In this document: positions 26,801-41,800 of the stretch, piece by piece | Position numbering within the stretch: position 1 is the first letter of the stretch | How the letters are laid out: each line of letters starts with the position of its first letter | Source: Eimeria praecox | Taxonomy: Eukaryota | Length of the DNA stretch: 64,000 nt | NCBI GenBank assembly: GCA_963920595.1 | Contig: OY986949.1 | Coordinates: forward strand, 1-64,000 | Reading direction: 5' to 3' | Notes under the pieces: generated by a model | Told to the model about the DNA's origin: nothing | Databases searched by the model: none | The model's input: the letters and a program-made list of their open reading frames with translations, nothing else | Made by a program: the position numbers and the translations under genes

Positions 26801-29800
26801 CACACCCACAGGGACCAGTATAGACGCAAAGCAAACATGCAGGAGGTGCCTGATCGTAATCGTAGCACACTGCATCACCACCCACCCCTGGCACGCATTT
26901 CAAGTGCATCCTCAACAACAGGCTCTGACACAATGCATGGCCCCGCCACATGCTTCGAAAACGCACCTCATGTGCCTAACGCCATTCCCCACCACTCATA
27001 ACCATGCCGCGTTGCTTTCTCCACCCAGCCGCCCGTCAGCGGCCGCCTATCTTTCCTATGCCCATCATGTACTTCGCCAACCCCTCAATTAGCATAAAAT
27101 GCTGGCCTAGCGTATGCATCTGCCCGACTCCCAGCACGCTACCAGTCTCCATTGTGCATCCCCTGGAATAACGAACGTGGCTGCTAGACACCGCGGACAC
27201 GGGAAGCACAGGCCCCAACCAGCCCACACATGAACGCCACAAGTAAAAGGCATTCTAAATAGCTCCTTACTCCTACTAGTCACTCAATCATCTAGGACAC
27301 TCACGCCGCAATTTCATGACTGCCGCTGTGCCTGGGCTGTCAATAAAAACACACTTTCTGATTCAACAAGCAAATTCTATCGACCTAGCCACTTCCACCT
27401 AACCTCCTGGTGTTAAAAACGCCAAGAGCCAAACCAGCTTCAGCGCATGCACCTGCTCATACAACGAAGGAGCACTCTCTGCACATACGTTCACAGCCTC
27501 GCGAGTTCATAATTCAAATTCTTTCTTCGCAGAGCCACCGTCTCGCAGGCGCAAACGGTCCTGCGTATATCATGGGCTGATGCAGTTTCCCACGCACCTC
27601 ATAGCTAAGGAAAACTCCACAAAACCTGCACCATCGCTCCCAGCCATCACTGCTGCCAGACACATGCGCAGTGCGACCCAAAAAAAAGAAGTGCATCGCC
27701 ATGCAAACCAAATTATATAAGCTGCATTTGAGCCTGGTTTGCCTACGCCTGGTCTCCTTTTCATCACCCCAGTTCCCACACACCACCAGCCGCTCTCATC
27801 CATCCAACAGTTGACACCCCTCACAACCGTCGATCCTAGCCAAACCTATCATAAGCAAACGCCCACACCTCATTGCGTGCTACGAGAACGGGAGCCTCAC
27901 ACATGCAATATCAGCGGCATCTTTGCGCTGCTAACACTCCAACTACCCACCCTACACGACACCCGTTCACGCAGCCAAGCAAGCCACACTGTCCCTCATC
28001 AACAGACAACCTCCTTGCTGGTGTCCAAGCCACTCACACACACTGACCACTGTTAAGAATCCGCAAGCCCTGTGCAGTTGTCCCCACAACCGTCAAGATA
28101 GTCTAACCGCAGCAAGGCAGAACTTGTCATCTCTCACTGATCGCATGCGGCCGACGCTCCATCCTGCACTGGCTTCTTGGCGCCCCTCTAAAAGAGCATG
28201 TCAATGTGCAGCGAAATCCTCCTTGTTGCATACTGCAACCTCTCACAACTCTTCTGCCCGCAATCGACTTATCCAAGCTCTGTTTGACGCCTGCCACACT
28301 GCCCTCAATGCAACGCAGCCTAATCGTCCTCGCTTTCGCGTTCCATCACGGCGCCTCCAATGCTCACCTCCTGCTGGAGCTCAAGCATGCCTTAACGCAT
28401 ACCAACACTACTTTGCATGCTCCTCTCAGCCATTCCGCACCAAACCCTTGCGCTCCAGGCAGCAAGTGCCGTCAAACCGCATTAATTGCACACCCACAGG
28501 GACCAGTATAGACGCAAAGCAAACATGCAGGAGGTGCCTGATCGTAATCGTAGCACACTGCATCACCACCCACCCCTGGCACACATTTCAAGTGCATCCT
28601 CAACAGCAGGCTCTGACACAATGCATGGTCCCGCCACATGCTTCGAAAACGCACCTCATGTGCCTAACGCCATTCCCCACCACTCATAACCATGCCGCGT
28701 TGCTTTCTCCACCCAGCCGCCCGTCAGCGGCCGCCTATCTTTCCTATGCTCATCATGTACTTCGCCAACCCCTCAATTAGCATAAAATGCTGGCCTAGCG
28801 TATGCATCTGCCCGACTCCCAGCACGCTACCAGTCTCCATTGTGCATCCCCTGGAATAACGAACGTGGCTGCTAGACACCGCGGACACGGGAAGCACAGG
28901 ACCCAAGCAGCCCACACATGAACGCCACAAGTAAAAGGCATTCAATGTAGCTCCTTACTCCTACTAGTCACTCAATCATCTAGGACACCCACGCCGCAAT
29001 TTCATGACTGACGGTGCGCCTGGGCGGTCAATAAAAACACACTTTCTGATTCAACAAGCAAATTCTATCGACCTAGCCACTTCCACCTAACCTCCTGGTG
29101 TTAAAAGCGCCAAGAGCCAAACCAGCTTCAGCGCATGCACTTCGTTATACAACGAAGGAGCACTCTCTGCACATACGTTCACAGCCTCGCGAGTTCATAA
29201 TTCAAATTCTTTCTTCGCAGAGCCACCGTCTCGCAGGCGCAAAAGGTCCTGCGTATATCATGGGCTGTAGTTTCCCACGCACCTCATAGCTAAGGAAAAC
29301 TCCACAAAATCTGCACCATCGCTCCCAGCCATCACTGCTGCCAGACACATGCGCAGTGCGACCCAAAAAAAAGAAGTGCATCGCCATGCAAACCAAATTA
29401 TATAAGCTGCATTTGAGCCTGGTTTGCCTACGCCTGGTCTCCTTTTCATCACCCCAGTTCCCACACACCACCAGCCGCTCTCATCCATCCAACAGTTGAC
29501 ACCCCTCACAACCGTCGATCCTAGCCAAACCTATCATAAGCAAACGCCCACCCCTCATTGCGTGCTACGAGAACGGGAACCTCACACATGCAATATCAAC
29601 GGCATCTTTGCGCTGCTAACACTCCAACTACCCACCCTACACGACACCCATTCACGCAACCAACCAAGCCACACTGTCCCTCATCAACAGACAACCTCCT
29701 TGCTGGTGTCCAAGCCACTCACACACACTGACCACTGTTAAGAATCCGCAAGCCCTGTGCAGTTGTCCCCACAACCGTCAGGATAGTCTAACCGCAGCAA

Positions 29801-32800
29801 GGCAGAACTTGTCACCTCTCACTGATCGCATGCGGCCGACGCTCCATCCTGCACTGGCTTCTTGGCGCCCCTCTAAAAGAGCATGTCAATGTGCAGCGAA
29901 ATCCTCCTTGTTACATACTGCAACCTCTCACAACTCTTCTGCTCGCCATCAGCGGGCTTACCCAAGCTCTGTTTGACGCCTGCCACACTGCCCTCAATGC
30001 AACGCAGCCTAATCGTCCTCGCTTTCGCGTTCCATCACGGCGCCTCCAATGCTCACCTCCTGCTGGAGCTCAAGCATGCCTTAACGCATACCAACACTAC
30101 TTTGCATGCTCCTCTCAGCCATTCCGCACCAAACCCTTGCGCTCCAGGCAGCAAGTGCCGTCAAACCGCATTAATTGCACACCCACAGGGACCAGTATAG
30201 ACGCAAAGCAAACATGCAGGAGGTGCCTGATCGTAATCGTAGCACACTGCATCACCACCCACCCCTGGCACACATTTCAAGTGCATCCTCAACAGCAGGC
30301 TCTGACACAATGCATGGTCCCGCCACATGCTTCGAAAACGCACCTCATGTGCCTAACGCCATTCCCCACCACTCATAACCATGCCGCGTTGCTTTCTCCA
30401 CCCAGCCGCCCGTCAGCGGCCGCCTATCTTTCCTATGCCCATCATGTACTTCGCCAACCCCTCAATAAGCATAAAATGCTGGCCTAGCGTATGCGTTTGC
30501 CCGACTCCCAGCACGCTACCAGTCTCCATTGTGCATCCCCTGGAATAACGAACGTGGCTGCTAGACACCGCGGACACGGGAAGCACAGGCCCCAACCAGC
30601 CCACACATGAACGCCACAAGTAAAAGGCATTCTAAATAGCTCCTTACTCCTACTAGTCACTCAATCATCTAGGACACCCACGCCGCAATTTCATGACTGA
30701 CGCTGTGCCTGGGCGGTCAATAAAAACACACTTTCTGATTCAACAAGCAAATTCTATCGACCTAGCCACTTCCACCTAACCTCCTGGTGTTAAAAACCCC
30801 AAGAGCCAAACCAGCTTCAGCGCATGCACTTCGTTATACAACGAAGGAGCACTCTCTGCACATACGTTCACAGCCTCGCGAGTTCATAATTCAAATTCTT
30901 TCTTCGCAGAGCCACCGTCTCGCAGGCGCAAAAGGTCCTGCGTATATCATGGGCTGATGCAGTTTCCCACGCACCTCATAGCTAAGGAAAACTCCACAAA
31001 ACCTGCACCATCGCTCCCAGCCATCACTGCTGCCAGACACATGCGCAGTGCGACCCAAAAAAAAGAAGTGCATCGCCATGCAAACCAAATTATATAAGCT
31101 GCATTTGAGCCTGGTTTGCCTACGCCTGGTCTCCTTTTCATCACCCCAGTTCCCACACACCACCAGCCGCTCTCATCCATCCAACAGTTGACACCCCTCA
31201 CAACCGTCGATCCTAGCCAAACCTATCATAAGCAAACGCCCACCCCTCATTGCGTGCTACGAGAACGGGAACCTCACACATGCAATATCAGCGGCATCTT
31301 TGCGCTGCTAACACTCCAACTACCCACCCTACACGACACCCATTCACGCAGCCAAGCAAGCCACACTGTCCCTCATCAACAGACAACCTCCTTGCTGGTG
31401 TCCAAGCCACTCACACACACTGACCACTGTTAAGAATCCGCAAGCCCTGTGCAGTTGTCCCCACAACCGTCAAGATAGTCTAACCGCAGCAAGGCAGAAC
31501 TTGTCACCTCTCACTGATCGCATGCGGCCGACGCTCCATCCTGCACTGGCTTCTTGGCGCCCCTCTAAAAGAGCATGTCAATGTGCAGCGAAATCCTCCT
31601 TGTTACATACTGCAACCTCTCACAACTCTTCTGCTCGCCATCAGCGGGCTTATCCAAGCTCTGTTTGACGCCTGCCACACTGCCCTCAATGCAACGCAGC
31701 CTAATCGTCCTCGCTTTCGCGTTCCATCACGGCGCCTCCAATGCTCACCTCCTGCTGGAGCTCAAGCATGCCTTAACGCATACCAACACTACTTTGCATG
31801 CTCCTCTCAGCCATTCCGCACCAAACCCTTGCGCTCCAGGCAGCAAGTGCCGTCAAACCGCATTAATTGCACACCCACAGGGACCAGTATAGACGCAAAG
31901 CAAACATGCAGGAGGTGCCTGATCGTAATCGTAGCACACTGCATCACCACCCACCCCTGGCACACATTTCAAGTGCATCCTCAACAGCAGGCTCTGACAC
32001 AATGCATGGTCCCGCCACATGCTTCGAAAACGCACCTCATGTGCCTAACGCCATTCCCCACCACTCATAACCATGCCGCGTTGCTTTCTCCACCCAGCCG
32101 CCCGTCAGCGGCCGCCTATCTTTCCTATGCCCATCATGTACTTCGCCAACCCCTCAATAAGCATAAAATGCTGGCCTAGCGTATGCATTTGCCCGACTCC
32201 CAGCACGCTACCAGTCTCCATTGTGCATCCCCTGGAATAACGAACGTGGCTGCTAGACACCGCGGACACGGGAAGCACAGGACCCAAGCAGCCCACACAT
32301 GAACGCCACAAGTAAAAGGCATTCAATGTAGCTCCTTACTCCTACTAGTCACTCAATCATCTAGGACACCCACGCCGCAATTTCATGGCTGACGCTGTGC
32401 CTGGGCGGTCAATAAAAACACACTTTCTGATTCAACAAGCAAATTCTATCGACCTAGCCACTTCCACCTAACCTCCTGGTGTTAAAAACGCCAAGAGCCA
32501 AACCAGCTTCAGCGCATGCACTTCGTTATACAACGAAGGAGCACTCTGCACATACGTTCACAGCCTCGCGAGTTAATAATTCAAATTCTTTCTTCGCAGA
32601 GCCACCGTCTCGCAGGCGCAAAAGGTCCTGCGTATATCATGGGCTGATGCAGTTTCCCACGCACCTCATAGCTAAGGAAAACTCCACAAAACCTGCACCA
32701 TCGCTCCCAGCCATCACTGCTGCCAGACACATGCGCAGTGCGACCCAAAAAAAAGAAGTGCATCGCCATGCAAACCAAATTATATAAGCTGCATTTGAGC

Positions 32801-35800
32801 CTGGTTTGCCTACGCCTGGTCTCCTTTTCATCACCCCAGTTCCCACACACCACCAGCCGCTCTCATCCATCCAACAGTTGACACCCCTCACAACCGTCGA
32901 TCCTAGCCAAACCTATCATAAGCAAACGCCCACCCCTCATTGCGTGCTACGAGAACGGGAACCTCACACATGCAATATCAGCGGCATCTTTGCGCTGCTA
33001 ACACTCCAACTACCCACCCTACACGACACCCATTCACGCAGCCAAGCAAGCCACACTGTCCCTCATCAACAGACAACCTCCTTGCTGGTGTCCAAGCCAC
33101 TCACACACACTGACCACTGTTAAGAATCCGCAAGCCCTGTGCAGTTGTCCCCACAACCGTCAAGATAGTCTAACCGCAGCAAGGCAGAACTTGTCATCTC
33201 TCACTGATCGCATGCGGCCGACGCTCCATCCTGCACTGGCTTCTTGGCGCCCCTCTAAAAGAGCATGTCAATGTGCAGCGAAATCCTCCTTGTTACATAC
33301 TGCAACCTCTCACAACTCTTCTGCTCGCCATCAGCGGGCTTATCCAAGCTCTGTTTGACGCCTGCCACACTGCCCTCAATGCAACGCAGCCTAATCGTCC
33401 TCGCTTTCGCGTTCCATCACGGCGCCTCCAATGCTCACCTCCTGCTGGAGCTCAAGCATGCCTTAACGCATACCAACACTACTTTGCATGCTCCTCTCAG
33501 CCATTCCGCACCAAACCCTTGCGCTCCAGGCAGCAAGTGCCGTCAAACCGCATTAATTGCACACCCACAGGGACCAGTATAGACGCAAAGCAAACATGCA
33601 GGAGGTGCCTGATCGTAATCGTAGCACACTGCATCACCACCCACCCCTGGCACACATTTCAAGTGCATCCTCAACAACAGGCTCTGACACAATGCATGGC
33701 CCCGCCACATGCTTCGAAAACGCACCTCATGTGCCTAACGCCATTCCCCACCACTCATAACCGTGCCGCGTTGCTTTCTCCACCCAGCCGCCCGTCAGCG
33801 GCCGCCTATCTTTCCTATGCTCATCATATACTTCGCCAACCCCTCAATTAGCATAAAATGCTGGCCTAGCGTATGCATTTGCCCGACTCCCAGCAAGCTA
33901 CCAGTCTCCGAGCCAAACCAGCTTCAGCGCATGCACTTCGTCATACAACGAAGGAGCACTCTGCACATACGTTCACAGCCTCGCGAGTTCATAATTCAAA
34001 TTCTTTCTTCGCAGAGCCACCGTCTCGCAGGCGCAAACGGTCCTGCGTATATCATGGGCTGATGCAGTTTCCCACGCACCTCATAGCTAAGGAAAACTCA
34101 ACAAAACCTGCACCATCGCTCCCAGCCATCTTATATGAGCTGCATTTGAGCCTGGTTTGCCTACGCCTGGTCTCCTTTTCATCACCCCAGTTCCCACACA
34201 CCACCAGCCGCTCTCATCCATCCAACAGTTGACACCCCTCACAACCGTCGATCCTAGCCAAACCTATCATAAGCAAACGCCCACCCCTCATTGCGTGCTA
34301 CGAGAACGGGAACCTCACACATGCAATATCAGCGGCATCTTTGCGCTGCTAACATTCCAACTACCCACCCTGCACGACACCCATTCACGCAACCAAGCAA
34401 GCCACACTGTCCCTCATCAACAGACAACCTCCTTGCTGGTGTCCAAGCCACTCACACACGCTGACCACTGTTAAGAATCCGCAAGCCCTGTGCAGTTGTC
34501 CCCACAACCGTCAAGATAGTCTAACCGCAGCAAGGCAGAACTTGTCACCTCTCACTGATCGCATGCGGCCGACGCTCCATCCTGCACTGGCTTCTTGGCG
34601 CCCCTCTAAAAGAGCATGTCAATGTGCAGCGAAATCCTCCTTGTTACATACTGCAACCTCTCACAACTCTTCTGCTCGCCATCAGCGGGCTTATCCAAGC
34701 TCTGTTTGACGCCTGCCACACTGCCCTCAATGCAACGCAGCCTAATCGTCCTCGCTTTCGCGTTCCATCACGGCGCCTCCAATGCTCACCTCCTGCTGGA
34801 GCTCAAGCATGCCTTAACGCATACCAACACTACTTTGCATGCTCCTCTCAGCCATTCCGCACCAAACCCTTGCGCTCCAGGCAGCAAGTGCCGTCAACCC
34901 GCATTAATTGCACACCCACAGGGACCAGTGTAGACGCAAAGCAAACATGCAGGAGGTGCCTGATCGTAATCGTAGCACACTGCATCACCACCCACCCCTG
35001 GCACACATTTCAAGTGCATCCTCAACAACAGGCTCTGACACAATGCATGGCCCCGCCACATGCTTCGAAAACGCACCTCATGTGCCTAACGCCATTCCCC
35101 ACCACTCATAACCATGCCGCGTTGCTTTCTCCACCCAGCCGCCCGTCAGCGGCCGCCTATCTTTCCTATGCTCATCATGTACTTCGCCAACCCCTCAATT
35201 AGCATAAAATGCTGGCCTAGCGTATGCATTTGCCCGACTCCCAGCAAGCTACGAGTCACCGAGCCAAACCAGCTTCAGCGCATGCACTTCGTCATACAAC
35301 GAAGGAGCACTATGCACATACGTTCACAGCCTCGCGAGCTCATAATTCAAATTCTTTCTTCGCAGAGCCACCGTCTCGCAGGCGCAAACGGTCCTGCGTA
35401 TATCATGGGCTGATGCAGTTTCCCACGCACCTCATAGCTAAGGAAAACTCCACAAAACCTGCACCATCGCTCCCAGCCATCTTATATAAGCTGCATTTGA
35501 GCCTGGTTTGCCTACGCCTGGTCTCCTTTTCATCACCCCAGTTCCCACACACCACCAGCCGCTCTCATCCATCCAACAGTTGACACCCCTCACAACCGTC
35601 GATCCTAGCCAAACCTATCATAAGCAAACGCCCACCCCTCATTGCGTGCTACGAGAACGGGCACCTCACACATGCAATATCAACGGCATCTTTGCGCTGC
35701 TAACACTCCAACTACCCACCCTACACGACACCCATTCACGCAACCAAGCAAGCCACACTGTCCCTCATCAACAGACAACCTCCTTGCTGGTGTCCAAGCC

Positions 35801-38800
35801 ACTCACACACACTGACCACTGTTAAGAATCCGCAAGCCCTGTGCAGTTGTCCCCACAACCGTCAAGATAGTCCAACCGCAGCAAGGCAGAACTTGTCATC
35901 TCTCACTGATCGCATGCGGCCGACGCTCCATCCTGCACTGGCTTCTTGGCGCCCCCCTAAAAGAGCATGTCAATGTGCAGCGAAATCCTCCTTGTTACAT
36001 ACTGCAACCTCTCACAACTCTTCTGCTCGCCATCAGCGGGCTTATCCAAGCTCTGTTTGACGCCTGCCACACTGCCCTCAATGCAACGCAGCCTAATCGT
36101 CCTCGCTTTCGCGTTCCATCACGGCGCCTCCAATGCTCACCTCCTGCTGGAGCTCAAGCATGCCTTAACGTATACCAACACTACTTTGCATGCTCCTCTC
36201 AGCCATTCCGCACCAAACCCTTGCGCTCCAGGCAGCAATTGCGGTCAACCCGCATTAATTGCACACCCACAGGGACCAGTATAGACGCAAAGCAAACATG
36301 CAGGAGGTGCCTGATCGTAATCGTAGCACACTGCATCACCACCCACCCCTGGCACACATTTCAAGTGCATCCTCAACAACAGGCTCTGACACAATGCTTG
36401 GCCCCGCCACATGCTTCGAAAACGCACCTCATGCGCCTAACGCCATTCCCCACCACTCATAACCGTGCCGCGTTGCTTTCTCCACCCAGCCGCCCGTCAG
36501 CGGCCGCCTATCTTTCCTATGCTCATCATGTACTTCGCCAACCCCTCAATTAGCATAAAATGCTGGCCTAGCGTATGCATTTGCCCGACTCCCAGCAAGC
36601 TACCAGTCTCCGAGCCAAACCAGCTTCAGCGCATGCACTTCGTCATACAACGAAGGAGCACTCTGCACATACGTTCGCAGCCTCGCGAGCTCATAATTCA
36701 AATTCTTTCTTCGCAGAGCCACCGTCTCGCAGGCGCAAACGGTCCTGCGTATATCATGGGCTGATGCAGTTTCCCACGCACCTCATAGCTAAGGAAAACT
36801 CCACAAAACCTGCACCATCGCTCCCAGCCATCTTATATAAGCTGCATTTGAGCCTGGTTTGCCTACGCCTGGTCTCCTTTTCATCACCCCAGTTCCCACA
36901 CACCACCAGCCGCTCTCATCCATCCAACAGTTGACACCCCTCACAACTGTCGATCCTAGCCAAACCTATCATAAGCAAACGCCCACCCCTCATTGCGTGC
37001 TACGAGAACGGGCACCTCACACATGCAATATCAACGGCATCTTTGCGCTGCTAACACTCCAAGTACCCACCCTACACGACACCCATTCACGCAGCCAAGC
37101 AAGCCACACTGTCCCTCATCAACAGACAACCTCCTTGCTGGTGTCCAAGCCACTCACACACACTGACCACTGTTAAGAATCCGCAAGCCCTGTGCAGTTG
37201 TCCCCACAACCGTCAAGATAGTCTAACCGCAGCAAGGCAGAACTTGTCATCTCTCACTGATCGCATGCGGCCGACGCTCCATCCTGCACTGGCTTCTTGG
37301 CGCCCCTCTAAAAGAGCATGTCAATGTGCAGCGAAATCCTCCTTGTTACATACTGCAACCTCTCACAACTCTTCTGCTCGCCATCAGCGGGCTTATCCAA
37401 GCTCTGTTTGACGCCTGCCACACTGCCCTCAATGCAACGCAGCCTAATCGTCCTCGCTTTCGCGTTCCATCACGGCGCCTCCAATGCTCACCTCCTGCTG
37501 GAGCTCAAGCATGCCTTAACGCATACCAACACTACTTTGCATGCTCCTCTCAGCCATTCCGCACCAAACCCTTGCGCTCCAGGCAGCAAGTGCCGTCAAA
37601 CCGCATTAATTGCACACCCACAGGGACCAGTATAGACGCAAAGCAAACATGCAGGAGGTGCCTGATCGTAATCGTAGCACACTGCATCACCACCCACCCC
37701 TGGCACACATTTCAAGTGCATCCTCAACAACAGGCTCTGACACAATGCTTGGCCCCGCCACATGCTTCGAAAACGCACCTCATGTGCCTAACGCCATTCC
37801 CCACCACTCATAACCGTGCCGCGTTGCTTTCTCCACCCAGCCGCCCGTCAGCGGCCGCCTATCTTTCCTATGCTCATCATGTACTTCGCCAACCCCTCAA
37901 TTAGCATAAAATGCTGGCCTAGCGTATGCATTTGCCCGACTCCCAGCAAGCTACCAGTCTCCGAGCCAAACCAGTTTCAGCGCATGCACTTCGTCATACA
38001 ACGAAGGAGCACTCTGCACATACGTTCACAGCCTCGCGAGCTCATAATTCAAATTCTTTCTTCGCAGAGCCACCGTCTCGCAGGCGCAAACGGTCCTGCG
38101 TATATCATGGGCTGATGCAGTTTCCCACGCACCTCATAGCTAAGGAAAACTCCACAAAACCTGCACCATCGCTCCCAGCCATCTTATATAAGCTGCATTT
38201 GAGCCTGGTTTGCCTACGCCTGGTCTCCTTTTCATCACCCCAGTTCCCACACACCACCAGCCGCTCTCATCCATCCAACAGTTGACACCCCTCACAACTG
38301 TCGATCCTAGCCAAACCTATCATAAGCAAACGCCCACCCCTCATTGCGTGCTACGAGAACCGGCACCTCACACATGCAATATCAACGGCATCTTTGCGCT
38401 GCTAACACTCCAACTACCCACCCTACACGACACCCATTCACGCAGCCAACCAAGCCACACTGTCCCTCATCAACAGACAACCTCCTTGCTGGTGTCCAAG
38501 CCACTCACACACACTGACCACTGTTAAGAATCCGCAAGCCCTGTGCAGTTGTCCCCACAACCGTCAAGATAGTCTAACCGCAGCAAGGCAGAACTTGTCA
38601 TCTCTCACTGATCGCATGCGGCCGACGCTCCATCCTGCACTGGCTTCTTGGCGCCCCTCTAAAAGAGCATGTCAATGTGCAGCGAAATCCTCCTTGTTAC
38701 ATACTGCAACCTCTCACAACTCTTCTGCTCGCCATCAGCGGGCTTATCCAAGCTCTGTTTGACGCCTGCCACACTGCCCTCAATGCAACGCAGCCTAATC

Positions 38801-41800
38801 GTCCTCCCTTTCGCGTTCCATCACGGCGCCTCCAATGCTCACCTCCTGCTGGAGCTCAAGCATGCCTTAACGCATACCAACACTACTTTGCATGCTCCTC
38901 TCAGCCATTCCGCACCAAACCCTTGCGCTCCAGGCAGCAAGTGCCGTCAAACCGCATTAATTGCACACCCACAGGGACCAGTATAGACGCAAAGCAAACA
39001 TGCAGGAGGTGCCTGATCGTAATCGTAGCACACTGCATCACCACCCACCCCTGGCACACATTTCAAGTGCATCCTCAACAACAGGCTCTGACACAATGCT
39101 TGGCCCCGCCACATGCTTCGAAAACGCACCTCATGTGCCTAACGCCATTCCCCACCACTCATAACCGTGCCGCGTTGCTTTCTCCACCCAGCCGCCCGTC
39201 AGCGGCCGCCTATCTTTCCTATGCTCATCATGTACTTCGCCAACCCCTCAATTAGCATAAAATGCTGGCCTAGCGTATGCATTTGCCCGACTCCCAGCAA
39301 GCTACCAGTCTCCGAGCCAAACCAGCTTCAGCGCATGCACTTCGTCATACAACGAAGGAGCACTCTGCACATACGTTCACAGCCTCGCGAGCTCATAATT
39401 CAAATTCTTTCTTCGCAGAGCCACCGTCTCGCAGGCGCAAACGGTCCTGCGTATATCATGGGCTGATGCAGTTTCCCACGCACCTCATAGCTAAGGAAAA
39501 CTCCACAAAACCTGCACCATCGCTCCCAGCCATCTTATATAAGCTGCATTTGAGCCTGGTTTGCCTACGCCTGGTCTCCTTTTCATCACCCCAGTTCCCA
39601 CACACCACCAGCCGCTCTCATCCATCCAACAGTTGACACCCCTCACAACTGTCGATCCTAGCCAAACCTATCATAAGCAAACGCCCACCCCTCATTGCGT
39701 GCTACGAGAACCGGCACCTCACACATGCAATATCAACGGCATCTTTGCGCTGCTAACACTCCAACTACCCACCCTACACGACACCCATTCACGCAGCCAA
39801 CCAAGCCACACTGTCCCTCATCAACAGACAACCTCCTTGCTGGTGTCCAAGCCACTCACACACACTGACCACTGTTAAGAATCCGCAAGCCCTGTGCAGT
39901 TGTCCCCACAACCGTCAAGATAGTCTAACCGCAGCAAGGCAGAACTTGTCATCTCTCACTGATCGCATGCGGCCGACGCTCCATCCTGCACTGGCTTCTT
40001 GGCGCCCCTCTAAAAGAGCATGTCAATGTGCAGCGAAATCCTCCTTGTTACATACTGCAACCTCTCACAACTCTTCTGCTCGCCATCAGCGGGCTTATCC
40101 AAGCTCTGTTTGACGCCTGCCACACTGCCCTCAATGCAACGCAGCCTAATCGTCCTCGCTTTCGCGTTCCATCACGGCGCCTCCAATGCTCACCTCCTGC
40201 TGGAGCTCAAGCATGCCTTAACGCATACCAACACTACTTTGCATGCTCCTCTCAGCCATTCCGCACCAAACCCTTGCGCTCCAGGCAGCAAGTGCCGTCA
40301 AACCGCATTAATTGCACACCCACAGGGACCAGTATAGACGCAAAGCAAACATGCAGGAGGTGCCTGATCGTAATCGTAGCACACTGCATCACCACCCACC
40401 CCTGGCACACCTTTCAAGTGCATCCTCAACAACAGGCTCTGACACAATGCATGGTCTCGCCGCATGCTTCGAAAACGCACCTCATGTGCCTAACGCCATT
40501 CCCCACCACTCATAACCATGCCGCGTTGCTTTCTCCACCCAGCCGCCCGTCAGCGGCCGCCTATCGTTCCTATGCTCATCATGTACCTCGCCAACCCCTC
40601 AATTAGCATAAAATGCTGGCCTAGCGTATGCATCTGCCCGACTCCCAGCACGCTACCAGTCTCCATTGTGCATCCCCTGGAATAACGAACGTGGCTGCTA
40701 GACACCGCGGACACGGGAAGCACAGGCCCCAACCAGCCCACACATGAACGCCACAAGTAAAAGGCATTCTAAATAGCTCCTTACTCCTACTAGTCACTCA
40801 ATCATCTAGGACACCCACGCCGCAATTTCATGACTGACGGTGTGCCTGGGCGGTCAATAAAAACACACTTTCTGATTCAACAAGCAAATTCTATCGACCT
40901 AGCCACTTCCACCTAACCTCCTGGTGTTAAAAACGCCAAGAGCCAAACCAGCTTCAGCGCATGCACTTCGTTATACAACGAAGGAGCACTCTGCACATAC
41001 GTTCACAGCCTCGCGAGTTCATAATTCAAATTCTTTCTTCGCAGAGCCACCGTCTCGCAGGCGCAAAAGGTCCTGCGTATATCATGGGCTGATGCAGTTT
41101 CCCACGCACCTCATAGCTAAGGAAAACTCAACAAAACCTGCACCATCGCTCCCAGCCATCACTGCTGCCAGACACATGCGCAGTGCGACCCAAAAAAAAG
41201 AAGTGCATCGCCATGCAAACCAAATTATATAAGCTGCATTTGAGCCTGGTTTGCCTACGCCTGGTCTCCTTTTCATCACCCCAGTTCCCACACACCACCA
41301 GCCGCTCTCATCCATCCAACAGTTGACACCCCTCACAACCGTCGATCCTAGCCAAACCTATCATAAGCAAACGCCCACCCCTCATTGCGTGCTACGAGAA
41401 CCGGCACCTCACACATGCAATATCAGCGGCATCTTTGCGCTGCTAACACTCCAAGTACCCACCCTACACGACACCCATTCACGCAACCAAGCAAGCCACA
41501 CTGTCCCTCATCAACAGACAACCTCCTTGCTGGTGTCCAAGCCACTCACACACACTGACCACTGTTAAGAATCCGCAAGCTCTGTGCACTTGTCCCCACA
41601 ACCGTCAAGATAGTCCAACCGCAGCAAGGCAGAACTTGTCATCTCTCACTGATCGCATGCGGCCGACGCTCCATCCTGCACTGGCTTCTTGGCGCCCCTC
41701 TAAAAGAGCATGTCAATGTGCAGCGAAATCCTCCTTGTTACATACTGCAACCTCTCACAACTCTTCTGCTCGCCATCAGCGGGCTTATCCAAGCTCTGTT

